Shown piece by piece: positions 23,958 through 36,690 of a DNA stretch of 64,000 bases (its first letter is position 1; each line of letters starts with the position of its first letter). The DNA is taken from NCBI GenBank assembly GCA_009103225.1, contig RHPI01002069.1, forward strand, positions 2,645,768 to 2,709,767, given 5' to 3'. This DNA comes from Chlorokybus atmophyticus (lineage: Eukaryota > Plantae > Mesostigma and Chlorokybus algae). The position numbers were made by a program, and so were the translations under genes. The notes under the pieces are model-generated. The model saw nothing but the letters and a program-made list of their open reading frames with translations, was not told the origin of the DNA and did no database searches.

Positions 23958-25006
23958 AGCGGTTTTGGCTTTACAATGTGAAACACATGGATGACACGTT
24001 GATTGGCTTATGCAATTTGGAACCCAACCACATTAGGCGATCGAAAATTTACAAATGACACACTTATTGCGCTTGCAATTATGCAATATATGAAAACTAG
24101 CTAACATATTTGGCTTTCAATGAAACCGAGTTGCTTAACAAGTATCATATTGCAAAAATCAAGTATTACAATTTGGTCCATAAACTTAACACAAAAGCTG
24201 AACTAATTTTGCGGTGCAATCTGTAACAAAGTGCATCTCTTTAGTGATAAACATATGTTATAAGTGTTTATGATTAAGTGCGATGGCCATCCTTATGTTG
24301 AAGCCACCGTGGCTCACATCACTGTAGTGCCACAAAATCTTCATAAAAGAAATGAATTCGCGAGGGCACTTTACAACAATTTTGTTAACTTCCCAACGGC
24401 TCAACTGATGCATTCCGGTAACAGTAGACTGGAATGCATAGGTTTGCGGGTTTTAACCAAAAACAAATGAAATGTATTGACGAAGCTTTTTATGAACATT
24501 TTGGAGCGCTACGGTACTCATGTTGTGACACCATAATACATGCGGATGTGCATAAGCAACTTGCATGATTCTCACTATGTGACTTAATCAAGCTTGGTAT
24601 AAGAACAATGTACAATGTGTTGTACATGCATGCATGATGGAGCTTACCACATCACATGGCATTGTATATGGCATAGTATTTACAAGGAGCCTATGTATTG
24701 GCTATGTCGCTACTAAATGAATAATGACTATTTGTGATGTTTGTACTGGGTTTGAGTTTTCAAAGCTTATCACACACGCTCACATGCACATTTGTCATGT
24801 GGCATCTGGCTTCAGCTTCACGCATGTCTACGAACATGCAGTCTTTGACAACAGTGATTAGAATGAAAAACGCTGCATAAAGCTGCTTTCGGCAACGCTT
24901 GTTGCCCAAAAGCTGGGCTAAAACAGCCTGCTACACGACTCGCAGTGCACTGCACAAATATTAGTCATACGTATGTACATAGTGCTTAAGTAACAAGTTG
25001 GACCGC

Positions 25007-28000
25007 CTACTCGACCGGCATGCACATCAACTCCATGTCCAGCTGCTCGTAGTCGAGGTCTGGTTGCGGGTCTTTAACGGCAAAATGGCTCTTCACAAAC
25101 ATGAGCTTCTCCGCACGCCTCGCCGCTGCGGGTGTGGTGGTAGGCTCATCGGGCTGCGCCCACTTCCAGATGGGATTGTTGCGTAAGCTCTCCAGGTTGG
25201 CCCGCCTAGGTGCGCACGATGTGGAGCACAGCGACATCAAGCGCACGGCCGCTTTCCTCAGCGCCGGATAGCGCGAGTCCAGCGACCACGCCATGCGCCT
25301 GATCTCTGGCTTTGCTGCGTGGCCAAGCTGATGCACTGGCCCAGGAACAACACCATCACCTATAGGCAGCTGCTTCTTAGCGACTTGCACCGCGCCAACA
25401 TTGTCCGGATCCAAGCCGGTGGTCATGAAAGCCATCCACTGCAGCTGCAGCTCCGTCCCCGCAGCCGTGCCACGCTGAAGTTGACACACGCGATACAGCT
25501 CATCCCTGGCCTGCTCCTGCTGCATCTCTGCGAGGGCTCCAAGCGGCGGCACAAATTTGTCGCCCGCCTGCTCGTGGTTGTGGGGATCCATCAGGAATGA
25601 CAGGTAATACGAGCCGTGCTCAGACTTCTTCCACCGCTGACGCACGGCCGTCGTGGCCGTCGCATCTGAGTAGCCGTGCCCGGCACACCACTGCTTGACA
25701 TGCTCCATAACAGCCACCCACATGGGGTGTATCTGTGATATGAGCGGCCGCTCGGTCTCCACCCAAGACAGAAGTTCGCGAATTGGCCCAAGTAATGTCA
25801 ACCCGGCAGATGCATCGGCCCAGAACTGATCACTCAAAATCACTTCCTTTGTTGCCAATGCAGTCTCCTCAGCGTCGAGTCCTGTGGCTTCCCAACTCGT
25901 GGACGATGCAAGCTGCCTGAGGGGCTCGGCAGCATTGTACACGTCCTTCAGCAAGTCTGCCAGGCGGCCGGGACGCGTGTCTGGCGGCACCATCAAGGCG
26001 CGGGGAGGAAGGTCGCCGCCATAAGTCCTTTTCTGGGCTTCCAGAAAGAGTGTTTGTGCTCGGATGTCCGTCGAGAAGAACACTGCAAGGGCTTGGGCCT
26101 GATCAAGAACCATCTGCACAAAGGGCAAGGCGCGCGCAAGGTCACGCATCAGGAGATCCAACGCATACGCCTGGCACGTGGTAGCGACAACCCAGGGGTA
26201 GAGTGTTTCCAGCGAGCGCAGAATCAGCTTGTGTAGTGACTCTCCGTCCGCAACAACACCTGCAAAGGGCCATCAGCAATCAGCCAAAGAATGGCTAACA
26301 TCGATTTGTTGCCTTTGCATCTGCAACATGGGTTGGCATACCTGCTATGTGCTCTTTGTGTTGCCCAACAGCAGCAGTCATGACATCATGACACTGCTCC
26401 ATCAGGCCAGCACCATGGAGAGTCTCTATGCGTGTGGGCCTGGTTGCGTATAGCAATGACCCGCCATCGGGCAGGTTGAGAAGATAGTGGATGAGCTTCT
26501 GGCCGTTTTGTACACTGGACTTTTTGAGGCCTTCCAGAGCCACTTGCATGCAGTTGAGATTCTGAAGCTGCTGATTGACGTCCGCCCGCACGGCCTCACA
26601 CATCTTGTCCAGGCGTGAGTTAGCAAGGCTCTGTCTTGTTATACCAGGATGACCGAGTGTCTTCAGTGCAGCCTTCAAGTCAGGATGCTCGATCACACTG
26701 AGGGGGATGGAACCAGCATTCTTGTACACCCATAAGCAGAGCTGGTGAGTGGCCTTTTCTATGGTGTCCTTTCTGTGTGTGATGAGCTTCTTCTTACTGT
26801 CACGATCAAATGCCATTGCAGCCGCCGCCAAAGCTTCAGGCCTGGAACGCTTGACATGTGCATCCCATGCAGCCTTGTCTGCAGAGCCACCAGCTAGGTA
26901 GATGGCAGGCATCGCTGGAGCAGCCTTGCGCTTATTGGAGCCCTGTCAGTTTGCACATTTTTTGATCCGATATTACATGATACACACGCCTTTTGTTGAC
27001 AACACCAATTGCAAGAGCTCCCTAGAGTTGCTGCATCAAGACACACTTCTCATGTGCTTGCGTTTCTGGACAACAACACTTTCCAACTGTGCTGATACTC
27101 ACCAGCATGGCCTTCTGTTCAGGAGTCAGGCCCTTGCAGGAGTTTGACGCCAAATGATCGGTGGAGAGCTTTGCTGGGTTTGACGTGTTGAGATGCACAT
27201 CCTGACAAATGCACAGCAGCCCAAGTCCCACAACGCCGGAGGGAGTGCGATCCTCAGGTTCGCAAATGACAACTGGGGTGAAGAAATGCCAGAAACTGCT
27301 GCCTCCATCACGTGGCTTATTCATTGCTTTGCTCTTCTGCTCGTTCAGCTTGATGTAATTCTTCTTCAATTCCTCCCATGACAGCGTGTTTGGCTTTGCC
27401 TGCATGCACATAAGTGTTGCACACTCAGCAGTTGGCTTTGCTGAATGCGACACCCGCGCATGAATGGACCAGACAACTCTTTACCAGTGAACTGTGCAAC
27501 ATTATGTGAGCCACTAGTGACATATTCACACGTAACCACCATTGTTCTCAACGTGCCACTGGTAACATTGGTGACCGCTTTGGTGCTACGGCGAACTCGA
27601 ACAGGACACGCATGTCAAGGCAATGACCGAAAAACGAGCGTTACAAACTTGCTGGACGACACTCCATGCTAGAGGAGCTAACTGCCAATTCCACATAACT
27701 ACAGAGCGTAGCGGAGTTGCGCGTTTGGGGCCATGTCTCACCGGCATTGCCACCTTGCTCCAGGCATGCACTTGCGTGCCAAGCACAACGCGAGTCTCCA
27801 ACTCCAAGCACAAGCGGCATCTCACCAACCACAAAGCAGGCGTACACACCGGCGTTGTCAATCAACACAAGCACTTGTTGTCTTGTGCTGCTGCGTACTC
27901 ACCTTTGCGAGCTTCCCCCTGATCCTGTCCGTGAGCAGTACGGCCGCAACGCCGTCTATCTCAAACACCATGGTTCCTCCTGCTGGTCCTCCGTCCCCGG

Positions 28001-28037
28001 CCGCAGCCATGGACACCATGTCTAACATGCTGGGCAT
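25007..28037 (-). CDS. Intact 4-exon hAT-transposase-derived gene (~760 aa; BED-like finger + DUF659-like catalytic region), probably domesticated
   Basis: Exons 27903-28037, 27103-27399, 26342-26942, 25007-26259 join in phase via GT-AG introns with no stops. hAT-like blocks: SFWHFF…LLCIC…NPAKLSTDHL, VALEGLKKS, GVVADG, TCQAYALDLLMRD, PPDTRP, LSFLMDP, YPALRKAAVRLMSLCSTSCAPRR. Confidence 0.85.
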
Positions 28038-28299
28038 GTACCGCCCCCTGGCGGGGGAGCCGGGGGGCGGGGGCGCACTGCCCTCCACACCAACCCACAG
28101 TAGAAGCAGCAGCACTACACCAGCACTGCCGCCACCACTAACCCCAACACGAACCCCAGCGTGTAACACGAACCTGCCGCTGGCTATCACGTTCACGCAC
28201 GCCAGCGGGTAAGGGTTTGGCCTCACCTTCCATAGCCGGCGGGCTTCAGGTAACCGATCCGACGGCGCAGAAACATTCGCAACGTGATACAAGGTGCAC

Positions 28300-29700
28300 A
28301 ATGACTGCTAGCCGCCTTCGCCCGCACGTTCGGTCGGTTAGTCGCGATGTTGGTATTGGAACCCTAGCGTGCGCGTCCCCCCCGACCAGACCGTTGTCGT
28401 TAGCGTTACTGCTTCTCGTTAGTTGCTGAAGTTCAATACACAGACTGGCGTCAGCGCAGCAGGCTGAGCTCCATCGACCGTCGACGCATGTATCCACTCC
28501 TGAGAGGGCCGTCACGCGCGTCACGTCGTGAAAGCAACATGGATGCACACAACGCGTGAAAAAGTTTCTGCTGCATGTTTCCGCCCACTTGTGCGTTGAG
28601 AAGTTGCATGTCGTCAAGTGCCCTAAGCCACATGCACGGAAGCCCGCAATGATGTTCGCAGGTGACAGCCGTGCATAAGGGCTTGACGAGCAGCCCACGG
28701 AACTCCTTCCTGCTGAGGTTCATGTTGTATGTAGTCTCCTGCCTCTTCCTATACTCCTTCCTGTAACACTCATTAAAGGGGTGAAAGCAGGAGACATCCA
28801 GTACTTGCGGACGATGGGTTGTGTGTGGTGGCAAAATGAGGATGTGCAGGCCTTTGTCTTGTGCAAACCGTATCATGCGTGAGTTGCATCTGCTCACATC
28901 TCTATCAACAACTAACAGAGCAGGCTTGAAAGGGCTGTCTTCTCCTGGCATCCACTCCGCAAGTTTCTTGACATAAATTTCAAATATATCAATGGTCATC
29001 CACGTGTTTTGTTACGCTGCGAAGCGCGCTCTTGAAACATCAAAGTCCTTGGCATCCTCTGTTAGGCGGCGCCCCTTTGACAATCACCAGCGAGGGAACA
29101 GCCTGCCCTCATGTAGTAACTGCGCACATCATGGCGTGCTTTTTGCTACCAGTTGTTGCAGCTTGCGCCAACCTTGCCCCACTTCATACTTACATCACAA
29201 GCAAGTGTTGTGCATTGTCATGTTTGTGTGCATGTTTACCAGCTGTGCATGTCAACAACGCACCTTTTGCGGATCACTCTGTGTACTTGCATGGATGTGT
29301 CGGGTTCGATGACAAGTTCATCTATTGCTAAACAGTCTCAGCAAGAAGATTAAGTAGTCGTACACCACCTCCTTGTTGAGACACACCTTTCTGAATGCGT
29401 GAAGGGGCTCATCCTTGCGGGAGACCAACTTCTTCCTCTTCTTAAGTCCGTTAAACCACTTGTACCAAGGTTTTCCATGCTTGCACAGTGCTGCTCTGGC
29501 ATCTTTAACCAATCTTTTTCCATCTTCGACGCACGCCTGAGTCCACATTACAGCACACCCCCACTTATTACGCAATATTGACAGCGTCGGTCACAAACAT
29601 ACACCCTTGATTGATGGAAGCCACAGCCCTCTTGATGTCCTCCATGTGGTCTTCGTATGTTGTGTTTGTTTCTGGCGCTTGCGGGCTTAGCCTTAGACTT
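28300..29700 (-). mobile_element. Degenerate pogo/Fot1-like (Tc1/mariner) transposase
   Basis: HTH fragments (YEDHMEDIKRAVASINQG; GKPWYKWFNGLKKR) and the DDE_1 block LLVVDRDVSRCN…LHILILPPHTTHRPQVLDVSCFHPF…NIIAGFRACGL. Stops and frameshifts present. Confidence 0.8.
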
Positions 29701-30548
29701 AGGGGGGTTTAGCCTTCACTCTCTTGCCCTGCTCGCAGATACATTGGCCACATGATGCACACGGGTAGTTTGAGTGGTGTTGACCATAGTAATGACAAGC
29801 ATGCCAATGCATGCATTATAGCCACCCGTGCAGAGCTGCGTGTGACTATAAGCTTGTAGTGGTATAGACTTGTAATGGCAGCAACTTGTAGAGGCAAAGG
29901 TAGCAGCATAACGCTTGTACTTCTGAGCTTGCAATGCCACTAGCTAGCAGTCTTTCGCTATGCCACTGAGTGCCTCCAGCAATCACAGCAACTTGTGCTA
30001 ACTCTCCCTCTCACCTTCACCATACACGCACCAACTCAAACTAACATGTCACCAGCACAGCAGCAACACACAACTAGTGAGTGCGTGTGGCAATGCTAGT
30101 ACCTATATAACAACCAACGCGCTCCAATCAACTCTAAGCTGCCACAAAGGCCACAATCACAACTTCACTTTTGGGGTTTACGTTACGCGTTACCCAAAAA
30201 TGTGCACATTATAACTTTTTCATTTTCGCATGGAGTGGTATGAAATTTAGTAAATAAGCTCCTCTATCAAACTACAAACCCAACAAAGCAAACATCATTC
30301 CATTTGACATTAGTATGAGAAAGTTACAAAACCACCAAAGTTTATAATGGTCACACCCCATTTTGAACAACAGAATCGCTATGTTTGGCAATTTAAAACT
30401 CTCGCTCTACTAAGCCGTTTGCCGAATGCTTAGGTTTTGCACGTAGCTCTAGGCTAGAGCTATAACCGGCTATTACTTGACCGGCAAAGACCTATTAGGC
30501 CGCCATTAACAGCCCAAAACCGGCAGATTCCCACGTCAGGGTCCGTTA

Positions 30549-30571
30549 CCAAGTTAGGGCACTTGACCCTA
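30549..30571. repeat. Probable transposon terminal inverted repeat, with a reverse-complement copy at 60177-60199
   Basis: CCAAGTTAGGGCACTTGACCCTA matches the reverse complement of TAGGGTCAAGTGCCATAACTTGG at 22 of 23 positions. Confidence 0.55.
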
Positions 30572-31333
30572 ATGGCGGTCTAGGGGCCTCAACCAGCGTA
30601 GCATGTGGACTGTTCCATGATTAGCACTGGCAACAAGATGTAGTTAACAAAAGGTATAGGAACGGTTGGAATGCTCATCACACATTAACATGTCAACTTG
30701 CACTGTGCATGGCATGGCATGCTACGCCAAGCAGCACAAGCAAATTTAAAAGCGCATGCACTCTAACGCACGCAACATGCACGCATTCATACATTGGAAG
30801 CACACAAACACACAGGCCACAACGAGAAGCGATGCTTACCGCCAGTTCTGTTGCTTTTTGCTCTAACGGCATCGGGATGACAACGTTTTGATTGACCGGT
30901 CAACCCTTGTCAGTCGGCTTGTACTCGCGCTAAAATCTCACGCTACACGCTACATAGGTTAAGAACTTCCCGTTGGCTTCAAGTCAAACCGGAATGGAAT
31001 TCGAATCGGACTGAATATGGCATGTTCGAAGAACCTATGCCGTCTTGGACATGTAGCGTAACACTTAGTCCCTACCTCACTCTTTAACACTAAGGGTGCT
31101 GGCAAACAGGTGTCCACGCTACTAATAATGTCGGTGATAATACTGGTGCACCGTGCTATGATCAGCAGAGCTCTTGGTCAGTCAAGATGATCAAGAGGCT
31201 TCAAGTGCCAATAATTAGTGGTGCGGCTGATTGGGCGCGAGGCGGGCGGCCGTCACCAGTGAGTCACCACACAAGAATTGTCAGTGCAATTCGTCAGTGC
31301 TGGCTGAGGCCTGCCACATGCCATGTTACCGCT

Positions 31334-31735
31334 ACAACAGGCATCCAAGCAGCGACGGACGGAACGTAGCGTGATATTGCAGCACAGCATATGGCATCAC
31401 TTGATAGAATATCGTTTGATGTGCTAGTATACCGGATTATATGGCGCGATATGCTCAACAGCATGTGGATGGATATCACACATATAGTATCATGCGTGCA
31501 ATGTGACCTGAACTCTGTTAACTCAGCGACGTCAATGATTACACGCCAGCTCACCGCCACAACAGGCATACAAAGAGCGACGGACGGGACGTAGCGCGAC
31601 ATTGCAGCACAGCATATGGCGTCACTTGATAAAATATCGTTTGATGTGCTAGCATACGGCATCATATGGCGCGATATGCTTAATAGCATATGGATGGATA
31701 TCACACATATAGTATCATGCGTGCAATGTGACCTA
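31334..31735 (+). repeat. Tandem duplication with a 225-bp period (~1.8 copies)
   Basis: ACAACAGGCAT…TATCACACATATAGTATCATGCGTGCAATGTGACCT starts at both 31334 and 31559. Confidence 0.9.
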
Positions 31736-32021
31736 GACTAAACTCTTTCAACAAGGAACTCACGAGATGTCATGCGACATCGCACCATACCAAGCCATAT
31801 CACTCTGCTTGCTTGCACTCTGCGTGAGTTCCCTGTGCGGCATGTTAACAGAGTTCAAGTCAAACTGTGGTTCGTGCGCAATGTGTCCTGCGTTTGATGG
31901 GATATCATACGCGCCCGAGCGGTATGGTTGACGACCACCACGGCCCGAAAACCAAGTCGCATGCAAGCTCTTTGACGGCAGCGACGCCAAGATTGTCGAG
32001 CGTAGCCGCCACGTTGTTTCG

Positions 32022-34221
32022 TTGGTGCATTGCGGCGCTTACTTACTCAGGTCCATGGCGGGTTCTCGGCGTGTTGCCACCTTCAGAAATCACTTCGTCC
32101 GCTGCATCTACGGCTGCAACCTCACAGGCATACACAAAGGCTGGATCGCCAGAGTGGGAGTGCAAAACTTTAGGTCTCACCTTACTAGCGGTATCCACAA
32201 GGACGCCTTCAATGCATGAACACGCCAACAGCAAGACGATTTGATGAAATACTGGTTGGATCTGGTGAGTGCTGCATGCATGGCATGTATTGTTGTGCAC
32301 GGGTCGAATAGCAAACCGCTCCACAGCCTGGGAGCCTAACAATGTGCAATGTCACTGTCAATTTACTTTGAGTGCATGTTGCTGTCTGCATGATCGCACA
32401 GTGGACGGAATTATGTGGGATTGCAATCATGTTTATATACTTGTTGCCACTTAGGGTTGGGCTGCAGTGGCACGACACAACTTCAATCCGACTGTGGGTG
32501 CCTTTATGCCAGTTGCTAAAATGTGGCCTTTGCAGCAAATAACCCCCCCGCCACCGTCGCTACATGATGTTCTGCACCCTGTTGAAATCTTATTCGATCA
32601 TAACCTCATCGCAGACACCAATGCATATGCCAGTGCCTTGACAGTGCCAACAGGTACGTGACTGTTTATGGTGACATCAACAGTTTCATTTAGTGCATGT
32701 ATTCAAACAGGTTCTCGTGTGACTCCGTCTAAGCGCCGTAGGAACTTGTATATCGCGCCTGATACTCCCACCACGTCTTTTGTCACTGACGCTGAAACAG
32801 GTGATCAATGTCAATGTTGCAGAGGTTCCAACCTGATCATGTGAACTATATGAACGCAGGGGAAGCAATGCTGCGTTTGCCAACTCACCAATTTACACCT
32901 GAGCTCATGCGTGCTACTATCGACACTTTTAATGCCAACCTGCTTCGTGAAGTACAAAACAGCGCTTGTCTACAAAACGAAAGTAAGGCAACTTGTGCCA
33001 TTGTTTTGACACACACCACTGATGGCATTGTTTGCAAATTTCAAACTGGTTGACGAGAACACAGTCCTTCGCGAGCGCAGCCTGAAGCCAGCAGAGCAGC
33101 TACGCCAAAACCAGACACAGCCTGATCCCCAGATTGCTGCAAAGCTGTTGGAATGATCAGTGAACTCATTGGTCTGCGTGCAGACTATGCTGCTGCAAAG
33201 CAACGCTCTGCTGACATGGAGCGTGCATTACACGAAGAGCGTGCTGAGCACGTATAATGACAGAAAGCGTCAAAAAACGCAGACGCAGCAAGCATCGTGG
33301 ATTTACGCAAGCAGGTAACATAAGCTCAGCGCAGAGCCACACAGTTGCAGCAACACAATGAGCGCAACAATGCAAATTGGCGCATTTGCAATGCCAGATT
33401 GGACAAGCCAACCAGACGATTGCTGCATTAAAAAAGGGTGTGTGTTTTTGCACTGATAGATTTTCCACCAATTAACTTGCTGTTGTAGACCTCAGAGTTG
33501 ACAAGCGTCCTGCGTCTTTAAATGGCAAACTGGCAATTTCGTGAGCGCGTTGAACCCAATGGCGTTCAGTTTGAGAGCTTCCAGCAAGAACTGGAAGTCA
33601 CGAGAAAGGAGTTGAACAGCTTGGCAAAATACATGTTGAAGAGATCGACCTTGACGGACAGGTACTGAACAATTACAATTATGATATGTAGCAACAAACG
33701 CAACACTTTGGTGTTCACTGGTTGGTGTACCAGGTATCGCTCCTCAATTGCAGAAAAAGGTTAACAGGCAGCAGCAACTGCAACTATACCAAACACTCTG
33801 GGAGAAGCATTGTACCTACCTCTTCTTAGTTGCCCCGTTGCTGCGTGAAGCAGCAACAACTGAAGAAATGCAGCAACATGTGCGCCAAGACTACAAGGGC
33901 AAGCGCGTGGTAGACAATAAAGATAACACATGCGGGATCTTCTGCGAGCAGAAGCCAGTGGAAGCGTTGCTACCAATGCCATGTTGCGGAGCTACACTGT
34001 GCCGTCAGTGCTTAAAGAGGCTGCGCACAGAGTCTCACCCTCAAGTTGAGTGTCCATTCTGCCGCTGCTTTCGATTAATTTTTTATGTATCGCCCACTAC
34101 ATGGTGCAGCGCTCCCCGATTCCCCTGTTTATTGGAGGTAAGCAGCAGTGACGATGATAAGGGTGTTGATACACGCAATACCGGTGCTGCTGGCGCTGGG
34201 CCTCCGCCACCCCCCCTTTAA
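32022..34221 (+). pseudogene. Degenerate spliced gene: zinc-finger-like N-terminus, coiled coil, C-terminal RING finger
   Basis: VRCIYGC…NFRSHLTSGIHK, coiled-coil fragments (LRADYAAAKQRSADMERALHEE; FQQELEVTRKELNSL) and RING TCGIFCEQ…PCCGATLCRQCLKRL…ECPFCR in ORF 33748-34221. Stops are present upstream. Confidence 0.55.
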
Positions 34222-34505
34222 TAGACCTACATTTCATGGTACCCGTTTTGCCCTTGTAGATGCATGTGTCAAGTTTTGTCAATTAAACAATTTTATGCTT
34301 TGTTGATACCTGTATGGTTATGTTGTTATTAAACATGCTTGTGTAACATCCACAGGGCCGCACACATTGTGTTATTATACAAATACCAAAGCATCGTGTT
34401 GCACAAACCGTCAAACACACATGGTGAACCCCACACAAACTATAGCCAGTTTCACGCCATTTTCTTGTTTTTATTGCCAAAACCGCTACCACTACGTCGG
34501 CGCGC

Positions 34506-34823
34506 TCAAAATGCTTTGAAGCTTGCTGGGTTGCCTGCATCCATATTGTCACCTTTGCACCCACGAGAGTCGTATTGAGCGATACACCTAGCTTTTAACC
34601 AATCTATTCGCGCGTTGCAATATTCTTCATCTAAAACTTCCAACCGTTGTGACTGCACTTGCTCTTCAAAAGGTTTACTGCTATCTAAGTCAGGCAACAT
34701 TTTCTTAAGCGGGTGTCTAAGATGTTCCCTATAACGTCGACATTGGTGGCGACTTTGACCGATATATACGTTCTGTGTTGCCACATGCATCAACTTGTAG
34801 ATAAACTTCGCACTTGTGTTCAT
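34506..34823 (-). CDS. Stand-alone GIY-YIG family endonuclease (105 aa), possibly degenerate
   Basis: KFIYKL…NVYIGQS…RRYREHLR…CIAQYDSRGCKGDN fits the GIY-YIG core. The usual catalytic Glu helix reads WLKARCI, so the Glu may be lost. Confidence 0.75.
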   Translation of the reverse strand: MNTSAKFIYKLMHVATQNVYIGQSRHQCRRYREHLRHPLKKMLPDLDSSKPFEEQVQSQRLEVLDEEYCNARIDWLKARCIAQYDSRGCKGDNMDAGNPASFKAF

Positions 34824-36300
34824 GGGTTGCGCACGTTTTTTGAGGTACGTGCAGAGGGACTTATGTATGAGTTGGCTTGATTGATGCTGTTTCTTGCTGC
34901 CAAGGACCGCAGGATTATCTGGACCTCATCGTTTACCTGCAAAGAACAATGTTACTATGAATGCTGCAGTATACATCCGAGATTGATGTTGAACAATGTT
35001 GACATACATGCGTAGCAGACGTAGAAGCAAGGAAACATTTAACGGGCAAAGGATAAGAAGCAAGGGAGACAATGAAAAAACAGAAGTGTAACAAAAGATG
35101 GAGTGACTGCATGGGTTCTGGCTTGATGTGTCCATTGTCGTTGGAACTCTGCGACGCAACCACAGCATACTTATGTCATCGCGACTAATCTTGGCGAGCA
35201 CAGTAATCCCATCATCGACTTGGATAACAACACACGTCATTAGCAGCAACATTTGCTACTGGAGCTTCCCTTGGGTCTATTTTGTTGATCTGCTCAATAG
35301 TTGTTTCCGCCTTTCCTTGCGACATGAAACGCGCAATCTCCCGAATGTAAACTTTGCAAACGTGCACCAGCATGAACATCTGTCAAACATCTGTTAACTA
35401 TAGGTGCTTTGGCCAATGATCAAGTGTCACATTAATACATACCCGATTAGCGTAAATTAGCTCTGCATTATCAAGAAGATCTGGGTTGTTCTTGCGCATC
35501 AGAGTGTCTTACAGCTTGTAAGCTACTTGGCGCTTCAGGTTATCAGAAATATGTATGCCAAGCTTTCTGAGGTAGTAGATGCATGTTTCTGCATATACAT
35601 GCATCAGTTACAACATGCACTACAGTGTGTAAGTGTACATTGACCGCCTCTCACCGGTTGCAATGGAGTCCTCGTGGTTAATGCGAAATCCTTGAGCTCT
35701 GTCTTTGGCAGGGCAAATTAAATTATCGGCCTCTGGCTTAGCGAATAGTCCCTCTAGCTTGTCGGGAGTGATACCTGCTGAGTCACATGCTACCAATTGT
35801 TTTGCTGTCAACGGACGACCAGGCGCATCACCTCCAGAGCTACTGTTACGTGGACGCTTAGAGCCAGGTTCGTCATTGGAAATTTGAGCGTGGAGCCTCT
35901 CGAACAAGTCTTTCCCGTCAAAGTCCATGCTGTCAACCAGGTGCATTGTCAACGCTAGCCAACATGTTGACTCACAGAGTTCGAGTTTAAAGAGGCAAAC
36001 TAAGCTACATTGTTACCTGTGTCTGGCTCAGGTGATAGTTTTCGACGATGGGCAGGTGTTCGAGGCAGGTGATGCGACAGGCTTGTATGCACAGTGCCCT
36101 GTGACTTGACGTTTTATCTGGTGTACATTTATAGCAGCGTTAGATATACTATCAATGTATATCTGCGTGGCAAGGAAAAGGTTTGCATCGGTAGAGCACC
36201 ACGTGCTAAGCCATGCCGTGACGCGATTGGTGAGAAGCAATGATGGGATGGATGAGTTGGTTGCATACAAAGCATGGTTGGATGACGGGCGATATGGCAA
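34824..36300 (-). pseudogene. Decayed spliced minus-strand ORF downstream of the helicase, weakly reminiscent of an RPA/OB-fold zinc-ribbon protein
   Basis: Fragments TGHCAYKPVASPASNTCP…CLFKLELCESTCWL, LFERLHAQISNDEPGSKRPR and EIARFMSQGKAETTIEQINK. Confidence 0.25.
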
Positions 36301-36393
36301 TCAACTGAATGTACCATGTCATCAAACCGTACAATGTGTACAGTGTGGTCATAAGATGCAGTTCATGTTACGCGACATGGTCCACTACCGTTG

Positions 36394-36640
36394 AACATGG
36401 AACCGTATAATGCAATGTTGTGCACCATCGTGCATACATGCTCATACATCATGCGATGTGCGTTGATATAAAATAACGTTGCGCAACGTTGTACCATATT
36501 GCCAAAATTAATATCGTCCAACATGGAACCATATAATGCAATGTTGTGCAACATCGATCACACATGCTTAAACATCATGCGATATTCGTTGATATCAAAC
36601 AACGTTGCGCAACATCAAACCATATCGCTAAAATGATGCA
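36394..36640 (+). repeat. Tandem duplication with a 126-bp period (2 copies)
   Basis: AACATGGAACC(G/A)TATAATGCAATGTTGTGCA… begins at 36394 and 36520. Confidence 0.88.
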
Positions 36641-36690
36641 CATATGTCACACCACTGCGCAATACCAACTGGACTTACCGATAATCAATG

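Noticed and set aside
23958-24600. PTAQLMHSGNSRLECIGL…HDSHYV, faintly like an APE endonuclease of a LINE
   Set aside because: Too short and degenerate; no RT nearby.
31334-36640. Tandem repeats and motif clusters considered as a CRISPR-like array
   Set aside because: Only two units each, no unique spacers, eukaryotic context and no cas genes.
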